Assembly: GCA_965649825.1 (NCBI GenBank)
Contig: OZ287694.1
Location: forward strand, 433,197 to 497,196
Reading direction: 5' to 3'
Length of the DNA stretch: 64,000 nucleotides
Source of the DNA: Penicillus capitatus
Lineage: Eukaryota > Plantae > Chlorophyta
The translations under genes were made by a program, and so were the position numbers. Below the pieces are notes generated by a model that saw only the letters and a program-made list of their open reading frames with translations, was not told where the DNA came from and did not search any database. The first letter of the stretch is position 1; every line of letters starts with the position of its first letter. This document shows, in pieces, positions 10,555 to 25,100 of the stretch.

Positions 10555-12876
10555 TCACTCGGATGGCGGACCGACGGTTGAATGGAACATGTCTTCCATG
10601 TGCTTCATTCTCGTGTACATGGTGTGAAACACTTTTCTCTTGTCCACTCTCTTCTGCGTGTAGACGTCCAATACGTGCGAGGCGGAGGGGAAATCGCGAA
10701 TCCAGGTATCCACACGACGCTCCTGCAGGTCATCCATCTACACACAGCCGCCAGTGCCTGTCACATCATAGATCAAAAGGATCGCGGATCTCACTCTAAT
10801 GATCGCATGGATCAAGCCGTCATTGTCGGCGCGTTCCACATCGGGTCGGACTTTGCAACTGAGGACCAAAGTGCCTGGCATAGAGAGACTGAGACGGCAG
10901 ACAAAGGTCCCCGCCGGTTCGTGCTGCAAGGCCTGAACCGTAGCCCTTCGATCCAGATGCAGTCCAGAGATCACACACGGATTCTCTGTGTTCCACACCG
11001 GAGCGATGCGCTTTAACATGCTCAAGACATCGCGGAACTGCCCCGTAAACTCCGTCCACTGACCCATGGAGATGCCAGCTGGACCGCCGCCGATAGGAAA
11101 GCCTGCCTGAGATTCGAGCGTCTGCAGATCGAGCTCCGTCAGACGACGCTTGAGTCCCGTCCCATCATACTCTTCCAGAATCCAGTCCCGCAATGCCTGT
11201 CTCGAATAGGGCAGCGTCACTTCGGGCTCCCCACCTTCGACCCTCGACTCCGAATCGTCCATTTCCGCCAGGGCGTCGCGCATCATGTCTAAGGAATCGT
11301 TATCGTGATGACGTTTGCTCGATGGCCTGTAGTGCACCGACGACTCGCTTTTGATGCCGTCCGTTGCCGTCTCGGATTCCATCGCACGCATCGGAATGCC
11401 CAGTTTGTCCGATGCCTTGATACGCTGCTCCGCTCGACAGATTCCGACGGTTGGGATGTGGTAGACACAGTAAAGCAGATCGCAGTCCAGAATGGTACAG
11501 GCAAAGCAGATGTAGACCTTGCTCATACGCGTCGGTTTGAGAAACTCGAGATTGGAGAATTCGAATTCGTGGGTCAGTGTCTGTTCCTGATTGCCGGCGT
11601 TGCTGTTGACGAGATCATCTACCGTCGGTTTCTGCTCCGGCGGCGACGTATACTCGCGACCGTAGTGCTCCGTCTTGATCCCCAGCGATGCCTGTCGGTC
11701 AAAGCCTTGCAGATGCGCCGCCGGTGGGAGATGTGACGGATCGGTGTTGTCGAGGATGTCGTGGATCATATGGGAGTAGTTCAGCCCGTCGGTAAATTCT
11801 CCGGTCATCTGGTTGGGATAGGGATAGACATTGCCGCCCTCTTCGCTGTAGAATTGCTGTTGCGCGTTGGTCGGTTGCATGAAGAGGTGCTCAGAGGTCA
11901 TGCCCTGCACCAGCGTCCCTTCCTGCCCCGGGAGAAACGTCGGTCCCGGCAGGGACGTCGGCATCGGTGTCTGGATCACGGATGATGGGACAACGTGCGG
12001 AATCGATGAGAGATAGGGCGCGCCGCCACCGACCAGACTCGACGAGAGCACCGACTGGAGACACACCAAGCGTCAGACACAGCTTCCGTGCAGCTTCGGT
12101 ATGGGCGATACCTGGTAGTGGTGACTCATGGGGTCGTGCTTCAGATAGAGACCCCCTGCTTCGATGCTCGATTCAAACTGCTGTGTGATGTAGGTGGTGC
12201 CCTTGAGCTCCGTAGGCGCCCGGCGCTCGACGGTATTGAGATTGGTGACGTGACTGCCAGTCGAGAGATGCACGAAGCCGTTATTGCGTCCGCCCTGTAC
12301 ATCGAAATCCGCCATCCCTTCTGGCCGCCACTCCGGCAGATTATCCTTCTCCTGCTGCGACAAGATATGCGCCCGGATGGTCAGGGGAAAATTCACACGG
12401 CCACGGTAGCGCACATCGACGCGGATCTTGAAATCCGGCGTCAGTCTCCTGCGCGGCACACAACGACGACATCCATCAAGGATCCCTCCCGCAGCTGTCG
12501 GTCCTACCTGTCCTGTTTGACCGGCACAGCAAACTCCGCTGGCGCCGAGATGATGCGCATCTGGATGGCGTGAGGCAGAGCAGCACCGGGGGACATCGAA
12601 GGCACCGACGAGAGATTCAGCATCGTCTCTTCACGGTTACGCAGTGGACTCGACGTCAGTTCCCAACCGTTTTGTGTGACCTGGCCTTCGTGTTGCCCCT
12701 GGTAACGCACGTAGGTCGACTGCCAGCGTTGGACGTCTGACAGAGGGCATCGCGATGAGGGCGAGGCGAGAAGGCAGAGCGATGGGACCTTTCATAGCAG
12801 CGCGTCGTTGGACGAGGGTATGGATATCGTCGCTCCAGTAGGGCGGAGTATCCGGCTCAACGCGTGGCTCCGTCAT
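10555..12876 (-). CDS. STAT-like protein: STAT-type Ig-fold DNA-binding segments, low-complexity insert, linker and SH2 domain
   Basis: SH2 core ALQHEPAGTFVCRLSLSMPGTLVLS with the conserved Arg; linker WTEFTGQFRDVLSMLKRIAPVWN; DBD-like IRAHILSQQEK and LEFLKPTRMSKVYICF...PTVGICRAEQ. Exons join in phase. Confidence 0.75.
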
Positions 12877-13108
12877 GGTTCAATACAGAAGGGGACGGAG
12901 ACGCTCTTGTAGGAGACCGTGCAGAGAAGGACGTTGATTTCGCAGTGGACTTCGGCGACAGGATTCGGATTTTCGTGGCGTTGACGAAGAGGACGTGTCG
13001 AACGAGCAAACACACGCGGCAACACGAATAGCACGAGTGTACGACGCGTGGGAGACGGAGGAAGAGGAAGAAAGCAGGAGGAAACGTCACATCATGAGTC
13101 GGTCGCGG

Positions 13109-16100
13109 TCACATCGGCAGCGATAGCAACAGCGCTGTACCGCGTAGAATCCAGTGGTCTGGAGAGAGGGCGCCCGGTTTGAGATCGATATGTGTGAGAA
13201 AAGAGGGACGTTCGCGGGTGCCGGAGCGCAGGGCAGTGAGATAGACGGGACAGGAGTAGTGCCGTTTGGCGGCGGAGCGGCGGCGCTGTTCGACAGGGCG
13301 AAACCAGAGGACCGGCATATCGACCGTCAGCTCCATGGGATGCGGTTCACAGAGCTCCTCCCGTTTGACGTCCCATCCAGCGCCTTCGAGAAAGAACCCT
13401 CGGACGTAGACGCCTTCATCTGGCGGCGTCTCGACGTCTTGCGCGACGGAGACGTCGAAGACCAGGGAGTCGATGGGGAGGCCGTGGAAACGCGCGGCGG
13501 TTTGGAGAACGGCAGTGAGGAAGCCGTTGGGATAGGTAAAGGCAGAGAGCCAGTAGACCGTCGGCTCGACACCGCGACTCCATTGGGCAAACTGTTCCAG
13601 ACGGAGAAGGAGATCGCGCGTCCACGACGCCAGCGGCTTGAGGGAAGGATAGGCACGACTCCATGCCGTCGGCACACGGCCGTCACGCAGGGCGGCGTAG
13701 ATCTCATCGAGATCGGCACTCATCACGATCCAGCCCTTGATTCCGCGCAGCAGTTGCGTACAGGAATGCCGTACAGTCGAGAGCAGGACGTTATAACGCT
13801 CGGTCTCTTGCTGCAGCACGACGTTCAGCGCAGAGGCGTCATCGGGATGCCGCTCACGGATGCGATCCAGATCGAACGCCGCCGGGAGAAGTTGGAGTAC
13901 GCTCTCGGCGGTCTCTTCCACCGATGGCCCCGCCGCCGCCGCCGCCGCGCCGTCACATCGTGCGGTAGGCTGAAGACGGACAAGAGTATCGACGAGGGAC
14001 TGGCCTTCTTCGCGGAGATACGAGATCTCTGCATTGGGATGCTGACCGAAAGCTTCGGGCGCGTCCGTCAAGGGAAGGGACTGGATATACGACAGCGCGC
14101 CGTCCACGGAGGCATCCTCCGGGATGCAGTAGAGATCGAGATCGGCCAGCGGGTAACGTGAGCGATGGACGGCATCTTCGCAGTAGAATCGGTTGAGGTA
14201 GCTGTTGAGCACCCGGCGATCGAGCTCGTCCGTCACCCGGCCGCCGTAGTTCGCCTCGGCAATGAGATACCGCAGCGCATCCCACGGGATCTCGCGGTAG
14301 CTCTCGAGATAGGACCGCAGCAGATCGTCCGACACGCGGAAATCGGTGTCGTTAAAGTCGTAGGGGATGTTGAATCCCAGCGAGCGGAATTTTCGCCGTT
14401 CCAGCAAGGTGCTGTGAAAGTAGGCGAGGGAGAAGAGCAGTTTTGAGTAGTCGTGGTATTTGGTGCAGGAGGTGAGACGTTCCTCTTCGATGGTGTGCTG
14501 GTAGAGTCGGTGGAGATTGGCGTGGAGGCCCTTCGGCGGCTCGGTCGTCATTTTGATCCCGCGCTGGAGGATGGACATCGGAAAGAGGGGGGAGGGATTG
14601 GAGGAGAGCCAGAGACGGAAGTCCGGATGCGGATGCTTGGCGTCGAGATCCTGGAGAATCTTTTCCAGCGTCGGTAGCCAACGCGTCATGAGATGGCAGT
14701 TGGCGAGAAAGATCCAGTGGCCGTCGCGAATGCCCCGTTCGATAAGTCGCATCGCAATCGGCGCCTGGCCTTGGCCCAGTGCCACGACGAAGAGCCGGTC
14801 GTCCATGTCCATCTCGACGGCGAGTTTGCGCAGTGGCTGCGTCGGGTCGACGCCCGGCGAGAGAACGAAGATCAGCGGCGAAAGCGGCGTGGAGTCGCGT
14901 AAGGTGTCTCGCAGATCGAGCACCGGTGCCTCGGTGTAGGGCGCGCCTAAGGATGCCCGGACGTAGCACGCGGCGCCGAAGACGACGCGATCAGGTCTAG
15001 AGGAAGACGCACGTCGCCGGTAGGTATTGCGGAGAGGGTGACCTGAGACAGCGCAGTAGGTTGAGTTTTGTGAGGGCGTTGCTGTCGTGTGGCGGCGCCG
15101 CCTTCTCCGGTTCTTTCAGGCGATACCATCGCTGCCATTTCTCCCCGTCGGTCGACAGGCTCTGCACGATCGATGTGTCGTCGAGGAGCGTCTGCAGCGC
15201 TGCGAGGGATTCCGCCGCCGCTTTCGGCAGCCACTGTGGGAAGGACGCATTGAGATCGGACGCACGGTGCAGTGTCGACGGTCCTCTGAGAAAGAACCCG
15301 AACTCCGCCTCTGCCAGCTTCCCTTCGGCGCGTTCAATGCTGAAGGCCATCTGCAACGACAGCAGAAGCTTATGGCGCTCAAACAACCCTCTCGCGGTAT
15401 ATCTGCCCACATCACACTTATTCCTGAGCCCGGCGAAAGAGTGAGATGCCGTGCTTGTAGACAGAATAGGTGTGGTAGGCATTGAGGGCGTCCATACGTT
15501 CTTGGACGTTGTCTTTCTTGGGGCTGTTCTCCAGCGACAGACGAAAGAGCGCTTCGTAGGCCTCGAGCGAAAACTGGTACATAGGGTCGACCGCCGCCAG
15601 ATCGTTGAGGACGAAGAAGAGCACGGCACCGCGCAGCGCACAAGGCTCGTACGCACGCGCCGCCGCATCGATCTCTCTCGCCGTCGTTTCCGCCACCTTA
15701 AAACCACACGCGCCGCCATTTCGCTGGATCCTATTGATGTGACGTCCAGTCCACCTGCAGCGAGGCGTTGATTTCTTCGTAGGTGACTTTGGAACGGTCC
15801 AGAGCGTCGATGAGATCGACGTTGTCGAGGAGCGATCCGGACGCGGACGAGAGCAGCTCGAGGATCTGATCTTCCAATGCCAGTTGCGATCGCTTCCCTT
15901 CGGCGACTTTTACCTACAGCACGCGCCTTAGACCATCGCCATCTTTGTGGCGGCGGCGGTGGCGGCGGCGGTTCCCACCACAAGGGCGTTCTTTTGCGTG
16001 TAGAGATCGGATCGCTCGTATTGCACGACGGTATCCAGCAGCTGCGCCTGAAGTCCTTGCTGCTTCACGGCAAAGTTCACGATCATGACTTTGGTGCTGA

Positions 16101-19100
16101 TCTCTGGGGTATAGTGCGGCGATGATAATTTCGTCGTCATAAAAAACTGAAAATCTGGATGGACGTCCACTTCCTTATCGCCCAGTTTCAGACACAGGCG
16201 ATTTCCCTAAACCCAACGTCCTGACCCGAGCCAAGCATCAGCCGCCACCTTTTTGCGAAAGGCCCGAGCGAGAAGCGGTTCCAGTACGGGATCGATGCTC
16301 TCCTTGACGTCTTCCAACAGAACGGGCGTGCCGAACTGAATGGCGTTCTCCAAGGAGCGCAACATATCGGCGGCGTTAGGATTGACGACGACGAGACCGT
16401 CGGCGCTCTTCTTGTTCTTGATCCATTTGTTCGCCTGGCCCTGCGGATCGATCATAAGCGGCCATCGACGTCCTCTACCATCGCCGCGTGAAAAATCCAC
16501 TCGAGCGACGCGATGGTCGTCACCTTGTTACCATCACACCGTTCTCGGTGCTAAAGGCATCGGCCGGTAGGCCCTGAATATTCCAGTCGCGTACATCCGC
16601 GGGATTCGCCATAAAGGTCTCGAAATTGAAGGCGGCTGAGGCGCGCACCTGACGCTTCTGTATCTCCGGGATCCAGATCTGTACACCGCGCCGTCAGGAG
16701 AGGGGAGAAGGGGAGGGTCGTTGACTTGGTGCACGAGCTGCGTTCGGTACTCGGAAGGAAACGGACCGCAGTAAGACATAAAGGCAATGGCCAGGGCGAC
16801 GTCGCCAGGGAGGCAATGTATCTGATGCTCCAGAGACGCGATCGACCCCTCCCATCGTTGCCGCTCTTCCGCCAGACCTGTCACGAGTTTGTGCGCCCGT
16901 TCAAGTTTTTCTTCGAGATCGGTGAGCTCGGTCTCCAACGCCTTCTTGTTGCTCGTCGATTCTTCGTAGCGCTCTCTGAGGCTCTGCACGTATACGGTGA
17001 TCAAAGTGGCGGCGGATGATGTGACGTGAGGTGCGGACCTGCACTTTCGCCAGTACTTCTGCCAGCTGCTCCTGAGCGCCGGCCAAATCTGCTCGCTTCT
17101 TCGCCAGGTCCTTTTGCGCAGCTCTGAGTTTCTCTCTCTTAGGAGCGACCTCCTTCGCCACGTTCCCGTACACCTCCATCGCCCGCACCCACAGACATAG
17201 TCCTGTGCAACGCCCTTAGGCATCCGCCGCCGCCGCCTGGCAAAGACGCCATACCTCTTGCGGCGGAGGAGACGTTTCCAATGACCTCCGGCGTGAAATC
17301 CGCCTGCGTCGTAAATCGGCGAATCTTTTTCAGCCGACCGTCGTCGAGTTTGTCCTGCGCCGCCACATCCGTCCGCTGCTGTACGCGACGGCCAATGGGA
17401 GACCTTATCGAATCGAACGAGTTTCTCCATGAAGCTCGCATCGCCCAATGCTTTCTTCGACTCTTCCCACGTCGCCGGTCGGTTCAGCACCGTCATGACC
17501 CCGCCCAGGGTCAGTTCGACCAGAGCTGGCGGCTTGGCGTATGCCTTGAGCTCGGACATGTCTTTCTTTGTCAGCACATTCAGCGCCTCCTCCGCCGCCT
17601 GCAACGCCGGCAGCGCTTTGTCCAGTTCCGACTGCACCGCCGTCGCAATGTCATTCGCCTCGGCTGCCTCGCGTCCAATCTTCTCCGTCTTCGCATTTAC
17701 CTGTAAGCGCCGCGGTCAGCCCATCCCGTCGGCGGCGGCGGCGGCGGCTGCGGTTACCTGTTTCTCTTGTTCGTCGGCAATGCGCTTGTCTTTGACGATA
17801 TGAACGAGCAGCTCCTCACATTCGACCTTCGCTGTCGCCACGTGCGTCTTCTTCTCTTCGCACACGATTCGCATTTCCGTCACCTGCAACGCACCACGCG
17901 TCTCTGCATCCAGCTCGGCGTGCAGGTGCGTCTGACTTGCGTGGAGGTCTCGTCGAGTTTCTCCAAACCGCCCGTCAGTTTTTCCAACGTGCTTCTTAGC
18001 ACATCGCGCTTCTCTTTCATCAGTCCTTTGTATCCGCGCACCGTCTCGAGATAGTTCGTCGGTGTGACGTCGTTCTGTCGGCCGATATCTCTCAACATAC
18101 GCCGCGACATCTCGCACACCGACTGATGCACGCGCACAAAGACCTGCGCCGACAGGACGGGCAGACATCACACGCCAGTAAGAGCGTGCGTACGTTCGCT
18201 TACTTGGCAGATGGCATGAAGCTCTTCGGCATCGACCAGGTGCTCGGATTCGAACTGCTTCAGTGCGACTTCGTACAGCGCGTCATCGGGCCATTCGGTA
18301 AACCAGTCGATCGTCGTGCCGTTGACGAGACCTGCGAGATGGGTCACGTCTTGCGTGAGAAATCGGGACGTGCGTGCCTGGAAATGTGCGACATCGTTGA
18401 CGGAAGGCCTCGCCGACGGGGCTCATGCACAGGACCACGTGTGTATTCGCCCGGACGCGTTCCATAAAGAAATGCTCCAGTGTCTCTGGCGAGCGATCCG
18501 CCTGAACCTGTCCGTCACATCAGACGTCACACCGATCACACTTTGCCGTGGCGGCGTTGCCTGTTTGGCGGCCGGTCGGATGTCTTCCAGCAGCGCCGCG
18601 AGCTCGTCTTTCTCGAACAGCCGCGGCACTTCGCCAGATGTCAGCATACCGTTGATGCATTCCAGAAAGCTCTCGTTCAGTATCTGCGTGTCGTCAAAGA
18701 GAAACACCGTTGGGCGATTCAGCACGCCGGTGCGTCGATAGAGCTCTTTGAGATCCTCTCGGAATTCGACCTGTGCGCCGCCACACGGACGTCATGGCGG
18801 CGCGATGTGACGTGGCGGCGCACCTCCCTGTAGTTCTTCGTGATCTCCACCACGAACACCTGCTGTCCAGCCAGGTAGGCAGCGAGTCGGGCAAGGCTCT
18901 TGCGTCCACTACCGCCGATTCCGACCAGCAGCGGATGACCTGTCGGTTGAGTGATGATCCGATGGATGCGGCAGAGGTGATGCAAGGCGTCTTTGAATAG
19001 CACCAGATCCATCGGGACATTGCCCGACTCGAGACCGTAATCCTCCAACGCACGTTCGGCCCGTTCTTTCAGCCGAGCGACATCATCAATCGCTTCGTAA

Positions 19101-22100
19101 GGCGGATCCTCGACGTCTCGTACGAAGCTCGTGAACGGCGGTACCTCGCCGTTGTGGAAGAGCTCCTCCCACGTCACACCGAAGGCGCTTGTCAGCCGTT
19201 CGGCGGTTGTCCTTTGGAGCCACTGACGATCGTCGCGATCCCACATTCGATCGCCAAAGATCCGCTGGATCTCATGGACCCATAACCGTAGCATCGACTC
19301 CCGCGAATCGACCTCGTCGTGCCGAACCTGCAAGAGGCTCTGGACCATCTTCGTCAGATCTCGTGTGTTAAAGAGATAGTGACTCTTGGACGGCGTCGGC
19401 AGCAACTCCCGTGATATGGCCCTAACGCAACGGCAGCATGAGTGGCGAGTGGCGGCGGGGGAGATGACCTGTAGAGATGGACGGTTGCTTCGACGATCTT
19501 GTCCGCGTTGCTTCGGATGTCGTGATCGAACTGGACGAGTCCATGGCCGAGCAGCGTCGAGTAGATTCGCTGCAGCTGCTCGTCGCTCGGTTGGGTGATA
19601 TTGAGCAGAGAGAAGCAGCACTGGATGCGTGGACTGAAAGGATGTCGACCACCTCCTGGCGGCGCCATGGCGGCGACGACGCGCACGTCTCGGATCCACG
19701 CCGCCTCGCAGCGCCGCCGGTCGTACCAGAACCCATAGTCATTCCACATCTTGAGCAGCTCCAGTGGCGGGATGAAACCAAAGGGCGACGTCTGCGGCAT
19801 GTTGAGGTCGTCCAGAAAGGCCACGAGGGTCTTGCCGCCTGGAGGTCCGTAAACACCCTTCGTGCGTTTCTCCAGTCGATTCTCGATCGCGTCCTGTAAG
19901 GCATTGGACGATGTCTGGGCAGAGAAGTTGAGTCGGAGCGTGGTGCGGTCTTCAGGAAGGGCATCGAGGACGTGTGTGAGCGATAAGGTTTTGCCATGGC
20001 CGACGCCTCCGACGACGAGGACGTTGTGGTGGCGGTGGACGAGGGCGGAGATGAGAAAGGTGTGGCGGACGGTGTCGACGGTGGGTACAAGGATTTTGGA
20101 GATGGGAAGAGGTGGTGGACGGTAGCTTCGACTCAGCTTCGTCTCCCAGTGCACCCACGAAAGCGTCGCCAGATCGACGGCGTAGTCGAAGACGATGCCG
20201 ACCACTGGGATCTGCGGATCGAGATCGCGGATGAAACCATCGAACCTGCAGAAAGGCGATGGAGGAAAGTCGATGGGATGATCATCTCACTCTTTTCGAC
20301 CAGCTTCGTCTAAGCTTCCGCCGATGCCCCAAATGAGTGAGAAGAGAAACCACATCTCCATGCGTCGTTTGAGGCTCTCTTTGCCGCGAGACGTCACATC
20401 ATCCGGTTGACAGAAACTGTCAAAGTACTGCGTGAATGTCCGGACGCTGCTCAAGGGATCGCACGAGATAATCTCCTATAGCAACACCCATCCACGTCTT
20501 ATATATACCCTTTGCCGTGCCGCTCCACACCTGGCAGCGCTTCTTATACATAAGCGCGACGTCCATGTGTGCATCGAGGAGAGAACGTAAAATGTCGTGG
20601 GCTTCCGGCACGTCACGTCTTTTCTCGACCCACGATGCGACAAACGGTCGCCATCCCATGTCTTCCACGTTCAGATAGATCATTCCCGCTCTGCTAACCG
20701 TCGCTGGCGACGCCTGCGACAGATCCTCGACCTCGAAGAGAAGGGACACTTGAGGCGGCATCGAGATACGCTCGCCACTAAGCAGCGTCAGGAGTTTGTT
20801 ATCATCGAGCAGCGTGTTCATCGATTCGATCCATAAGGTATCGACGGGACCATCGAAAAGGATCCACTTCTGATCGAGCGATTCGTCCTTGCAGACACGT
20901 CGCATCGTCTTCGCCAGCACGCCGTCACGCCATTCGTTGGTATTCGGATCGAAGCTGCCGTAGAGCTCTTCGCTGGAAAGCGCCAAAGGATTGATCACGT
21001 CGACGTGCACCTTCGCATAGAGCTCATGCTGCGGGTGTTCTGTATGGAGGGCCGTCAGGGATTGCTGCAGCATCCGCCAGGCAGTCGATTTGCCGGAGCC
21101 CGTTTTGCCGACGATCATATTACCATGTCGCGCCACTTTGCAATCGAAAATCTCGATCACTTTCGATACGAAACGATCGACGACCTGCGGCACGTCCTCG
21201 CCATCACGTCCAATCGACGGTTGGCTACCTGCAGCCCGTTCTGCACGAGTGTCTGGCGAATGGCGGTGTGCAAGGCGCTGTCTTCTTGTGGCGGAAGATC
21301 GACTCCAGGGAAGAGATCGGAAAGGAGTGACATGAAAAGTGTGAGATCTTTGTAGACGAGCTTCGGCCGAATGAGCTCCAACATCGTCCGATACATCACG
21401 ACCTCCTCCTTCACCTCCTCCCCGCAGCGTCGCCTCAGCGATCCCGCCGCTCGGGCGATGGGAATGACGAACGATCGCAGACCGTAATCGTAGTGATCCT
21501 GTTTCGACAGTTGCTGCTGCGAAAGCTCCATGATCGCAATCATCTTTTTCGCCAAGATCTTCGCCGAAGAGAAGCCCTCGGCGAACATCATGATCTCGGC
21601 GATGAGCGTAAAATCGGGGACCATCATCGAGATCGGTCGTAAAATGGCTTTTAGATTATCGGGCAGCTCCGATCGCCCGGCGTAGCCAGGATTCATCGTC
21701 ACGAAAACGGCACAGGAAGGAATCAGCCGAATCTCGTGCCCGAAGAAATCGAAACGCGAAGCCTGTTGCTTGATCGCCTGTCGCGCCGCCGTCAGGACGG
21801 AAAGATTTTTCATAGGGTGTTGTCTTGCCTGCATGAGTGTCGAGATCTGTGTGGCCACGACGGAGAGCACCTCCACTTCGATGCGGTTGAATTCGTCGAG
21901 GCATGCCCAGGCACCCGTCTGCGCGAGACCGCTGAACATCTTCTCCGTCATTTTGTAGTCGACGCCGTCGCTGCAGTTGAAGACGAGGACATAACGCGCC
22001 AGCGCTTTGCCGAAATCCTTAACCGTCTCTGTCTTGCCCGTGCCGGCTGGGCCGAGTGGGTTGCCGCCACGTCGGGTGAACATCGCTGCCCCAAGGGTCA

Positions 22101-25100
22101 TGTAGCAACGATCCGTCAACGGCGTCATCACCAGACGCCCATTGTTCCCTTGATACTCATAACCGTAGGCAAACTCCGACAGCACTTGCTTCACGCAGCA
22201 ATCCGTCTTCGCCTTCTCCCAATAGAAACGCAACTGACTGACCTACAGACGGCTGGCAAGTACACGGCAAGAAAGGCGGCGCGGGCAACAGACCCATTCG
22301 AAATCGAGCGGCGACGCGCAATTGGCCCGGTAGAGTTTTTCGATGACGTCTCTGGCGTGGACTTCGATGGTCATGAGCGCCACGACCTTCAGCCGCTCGA
22401 CTTTGGTGAGATCCGAGCGCGTAATCGCCGTGAGCTTCGTTAAGTAGGCAATCCATTTCTTCCGCAGCGCCTTGAGCGCACGCGACGACTCGTGCAGCGC
22501 CTTCTCGCAGTGCTCCGTCCAGGCGATCTGCCCAGCCGTAATCACCATCTGTCCCTGGTACTGCCGCAGCCACTTCTCCATCTTCAAACCTATGCCTAGC
22601 CGTCAGTAGATGGCGTCAGGCGCGAGGGTCGGCGTACTTTTGGCCGTTTCGATGGCTCGCATGAGGTGACCTTTCGTCGAGCGGAACATGGCGGTCTCGA
22701 CGTCGTTGAGCCAGTCCTCTGGACGCCCGTCAATGTTCACGACCTCCTCAAACGCCAGATACTCGCCATCCGACGCCGTCGCCCCGATCGTTTCGCTCGA
22801 CCCCTCGGCGTTGGTTCGTATATCCAGTTTCTGGATACCTGCGCACACAGCTGTCACATCACCAGGCGACGCGCGCACGCCGTACCTTCGAAACATTTCT
22901 TGAGATGTGACTGAATGTACTGTGGGTCCTTCGACTGACCCAAAATCTCCAAAAGATCGTCGCTCGAGAGGAAATAGAATCGCGGAAACTGTTGCCGTTT
23001 CTTCTCCAGATACGCCTCCAGCGATTTCTGAATCTTTTCTAACCGTTCGTCCATCCACTCAAAGTCCTCCAAAACGGTTCCCTCGCAGCAGGCTTCCCTA
23101 ACCGTTTCGCAGCGATAGAGCGCCGCCATTCTTTGCAGAAAGAGCGTATGGACAGAGAGAAAGAGGTCGTGCTCCACGGGCAACTGCTTCTGGATGTCTT
23201 CCGATCCCACGAAGATGTTCTCCAAGTACATCCAGCTGCGCTGCACTTGGAGTATAAGCTCGATCGTCTCGGAGATATCCGCAAGGGTTTTCTCCCACTG
23301 CACGATCTGCTGCTCGAAAACGGCAAAGAATTTTGAAGCCTTGATGGTCGACAGCGTCACACTGTGATCCTCCAATGCCGCGAAGAGGTCCTCAGTGGAG
23401 GTGATCTTGAATGTCTGCTTGTACGCCGCCATCTCTATCCCTAACGCTTTCCAACAGGCCTCAATACTTAAGAGCGATTCCTCGATGGCCATCTCTTTAG
23501 ATGCGCTGCCCGAGAGCTCCGATACGAAATCGGCGACGAGATCTAATCGCAGCTGCACGACTGTCTCCAGCGTAAAGTCATCGGAGAAGGGATCGATGGG
23601 CGTCCCGATCTCCGCCATCAGCGCCGACCAGTGCCGTTGGCGCATGGCCGGGTTGCGCAGATCGGCGATGAGAGGCAGCGTCGCTTTGAATCCCTCGATC
23701 ATCGCGCGCGTGTTCGATACGACACCCCAATTGCCGCCGCGCTCGCGTCCGAGTTTCACCACCGCACGGTGTGTACGCGCCGCCGCCTCTTCCATACCGT
23801 CGATCTGGATGTCACGGAATTTTGCGTCCTTCCACGAACGGTACTGCCTCTCCCAGTCGCCGCGGATCGTCCAGATAGTCTTCAGCTGCGACACGTCGCT
23901 CCCCTTCTCCGCCAACTCAGGATACGGCGGCGGCAGGATTCCAAAAATGTCCATACCCCGTTTCAGCTCCGCCGTCTACAGCACGAGCCCACTTCCACTC
24001 ATCAACACCGTCGCGGCGGCTCACCTTCGACATCTGTTGCGCCAGTTGAAGCTCGGCGCTACGGAGAAAAGCCTCGGCGTCTTCAGTCGTGAGGTGCTCG
24101 TCGCTGTAGGGCGCGCATCGCCTGAACTCGGCGTAGTCGTCTTTGACGTGGGTCTTGAATTGCTCGACCATGGAATGGACGCGATCTCGAAAAGCGTCCT
24201 TTGATCCATCGAGCATCTCCTGCGCCCGTTCGACGTTGCGCAAGAACGCCTGCCATTCGGTGTCCAGGGCATCCAACTGTGCCAGCTCCTCATCTGAGAT
24301 GACCACTTCGAAGCGCTCCAACGTCGAGTACTGCGCTTTCACTGGATCGAAACGCGCTTCCGTTTCCCTCTGCTCTTCCGTCAGCTGTCGATGAAGCTGC
24401 ACCGAAGCTGACAACTCCTCCAGCGTCGTCGGCTCCTGCGACAACGCCCGAGTATGCGTCGCAAAGTACGCATGAATAGACTCCAGTTCAGATCTGGCCG
24501 TTCGGTGCAGCAGAGACGTCAGTCGCTGCACCCAGCCGACGCAATGTCCAATGAGCGATTGCTTCAAGGGACCGCAGTCCACGCGAAGAAACTTGATATT
24601 CGTCATGGCATCCTCGCCAAGCACCTCCTCTTGCAGATTGAGGTGCTTCGTGATGTCGGCGACGAAAGCGTTGAGCGGTTTTCGCGCTCTCTCGTAGCGA
24701 CGTATGTAGGCGTCCTTGTCTTGATCCCATAGGTACTTGTACTTGCGCTCCCAGTAGTTAAGGAACTGCTGAATCTTGTCGACGATGGACGTGATGCTGT
24801 TCGTCATCTGAACGATCGACTTGAGCGTCGTCTCTTCGTCATTGGCAATCGTCTCGTAATAACTGACGAGATCTGGCGCCGCCAGACGCCCGTGCAGCTA
24901 CGAATCGATCAGCAATCGTTCGAAACGGCGGCGGACGTACTGGACGTTCTTTCAGTAGACGCGGTGCGGCGTCGATGGCCAGACGTGGAACGCACTTGGT
25001 CGTCGCGACGAGCTCACGGCAAGCGTTGTGTACCGTGTCGAAGAGTGACTGTATAATCGGCTGGAGCTCGACGCGCTGACTCGTGTCGAGGATCATCGTC

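Noticed and set aside
13154-14161. Long antisense ORFs over dynein and other genes
   Set aside because: Expected shadow ORFs of GC-rich coding sequence
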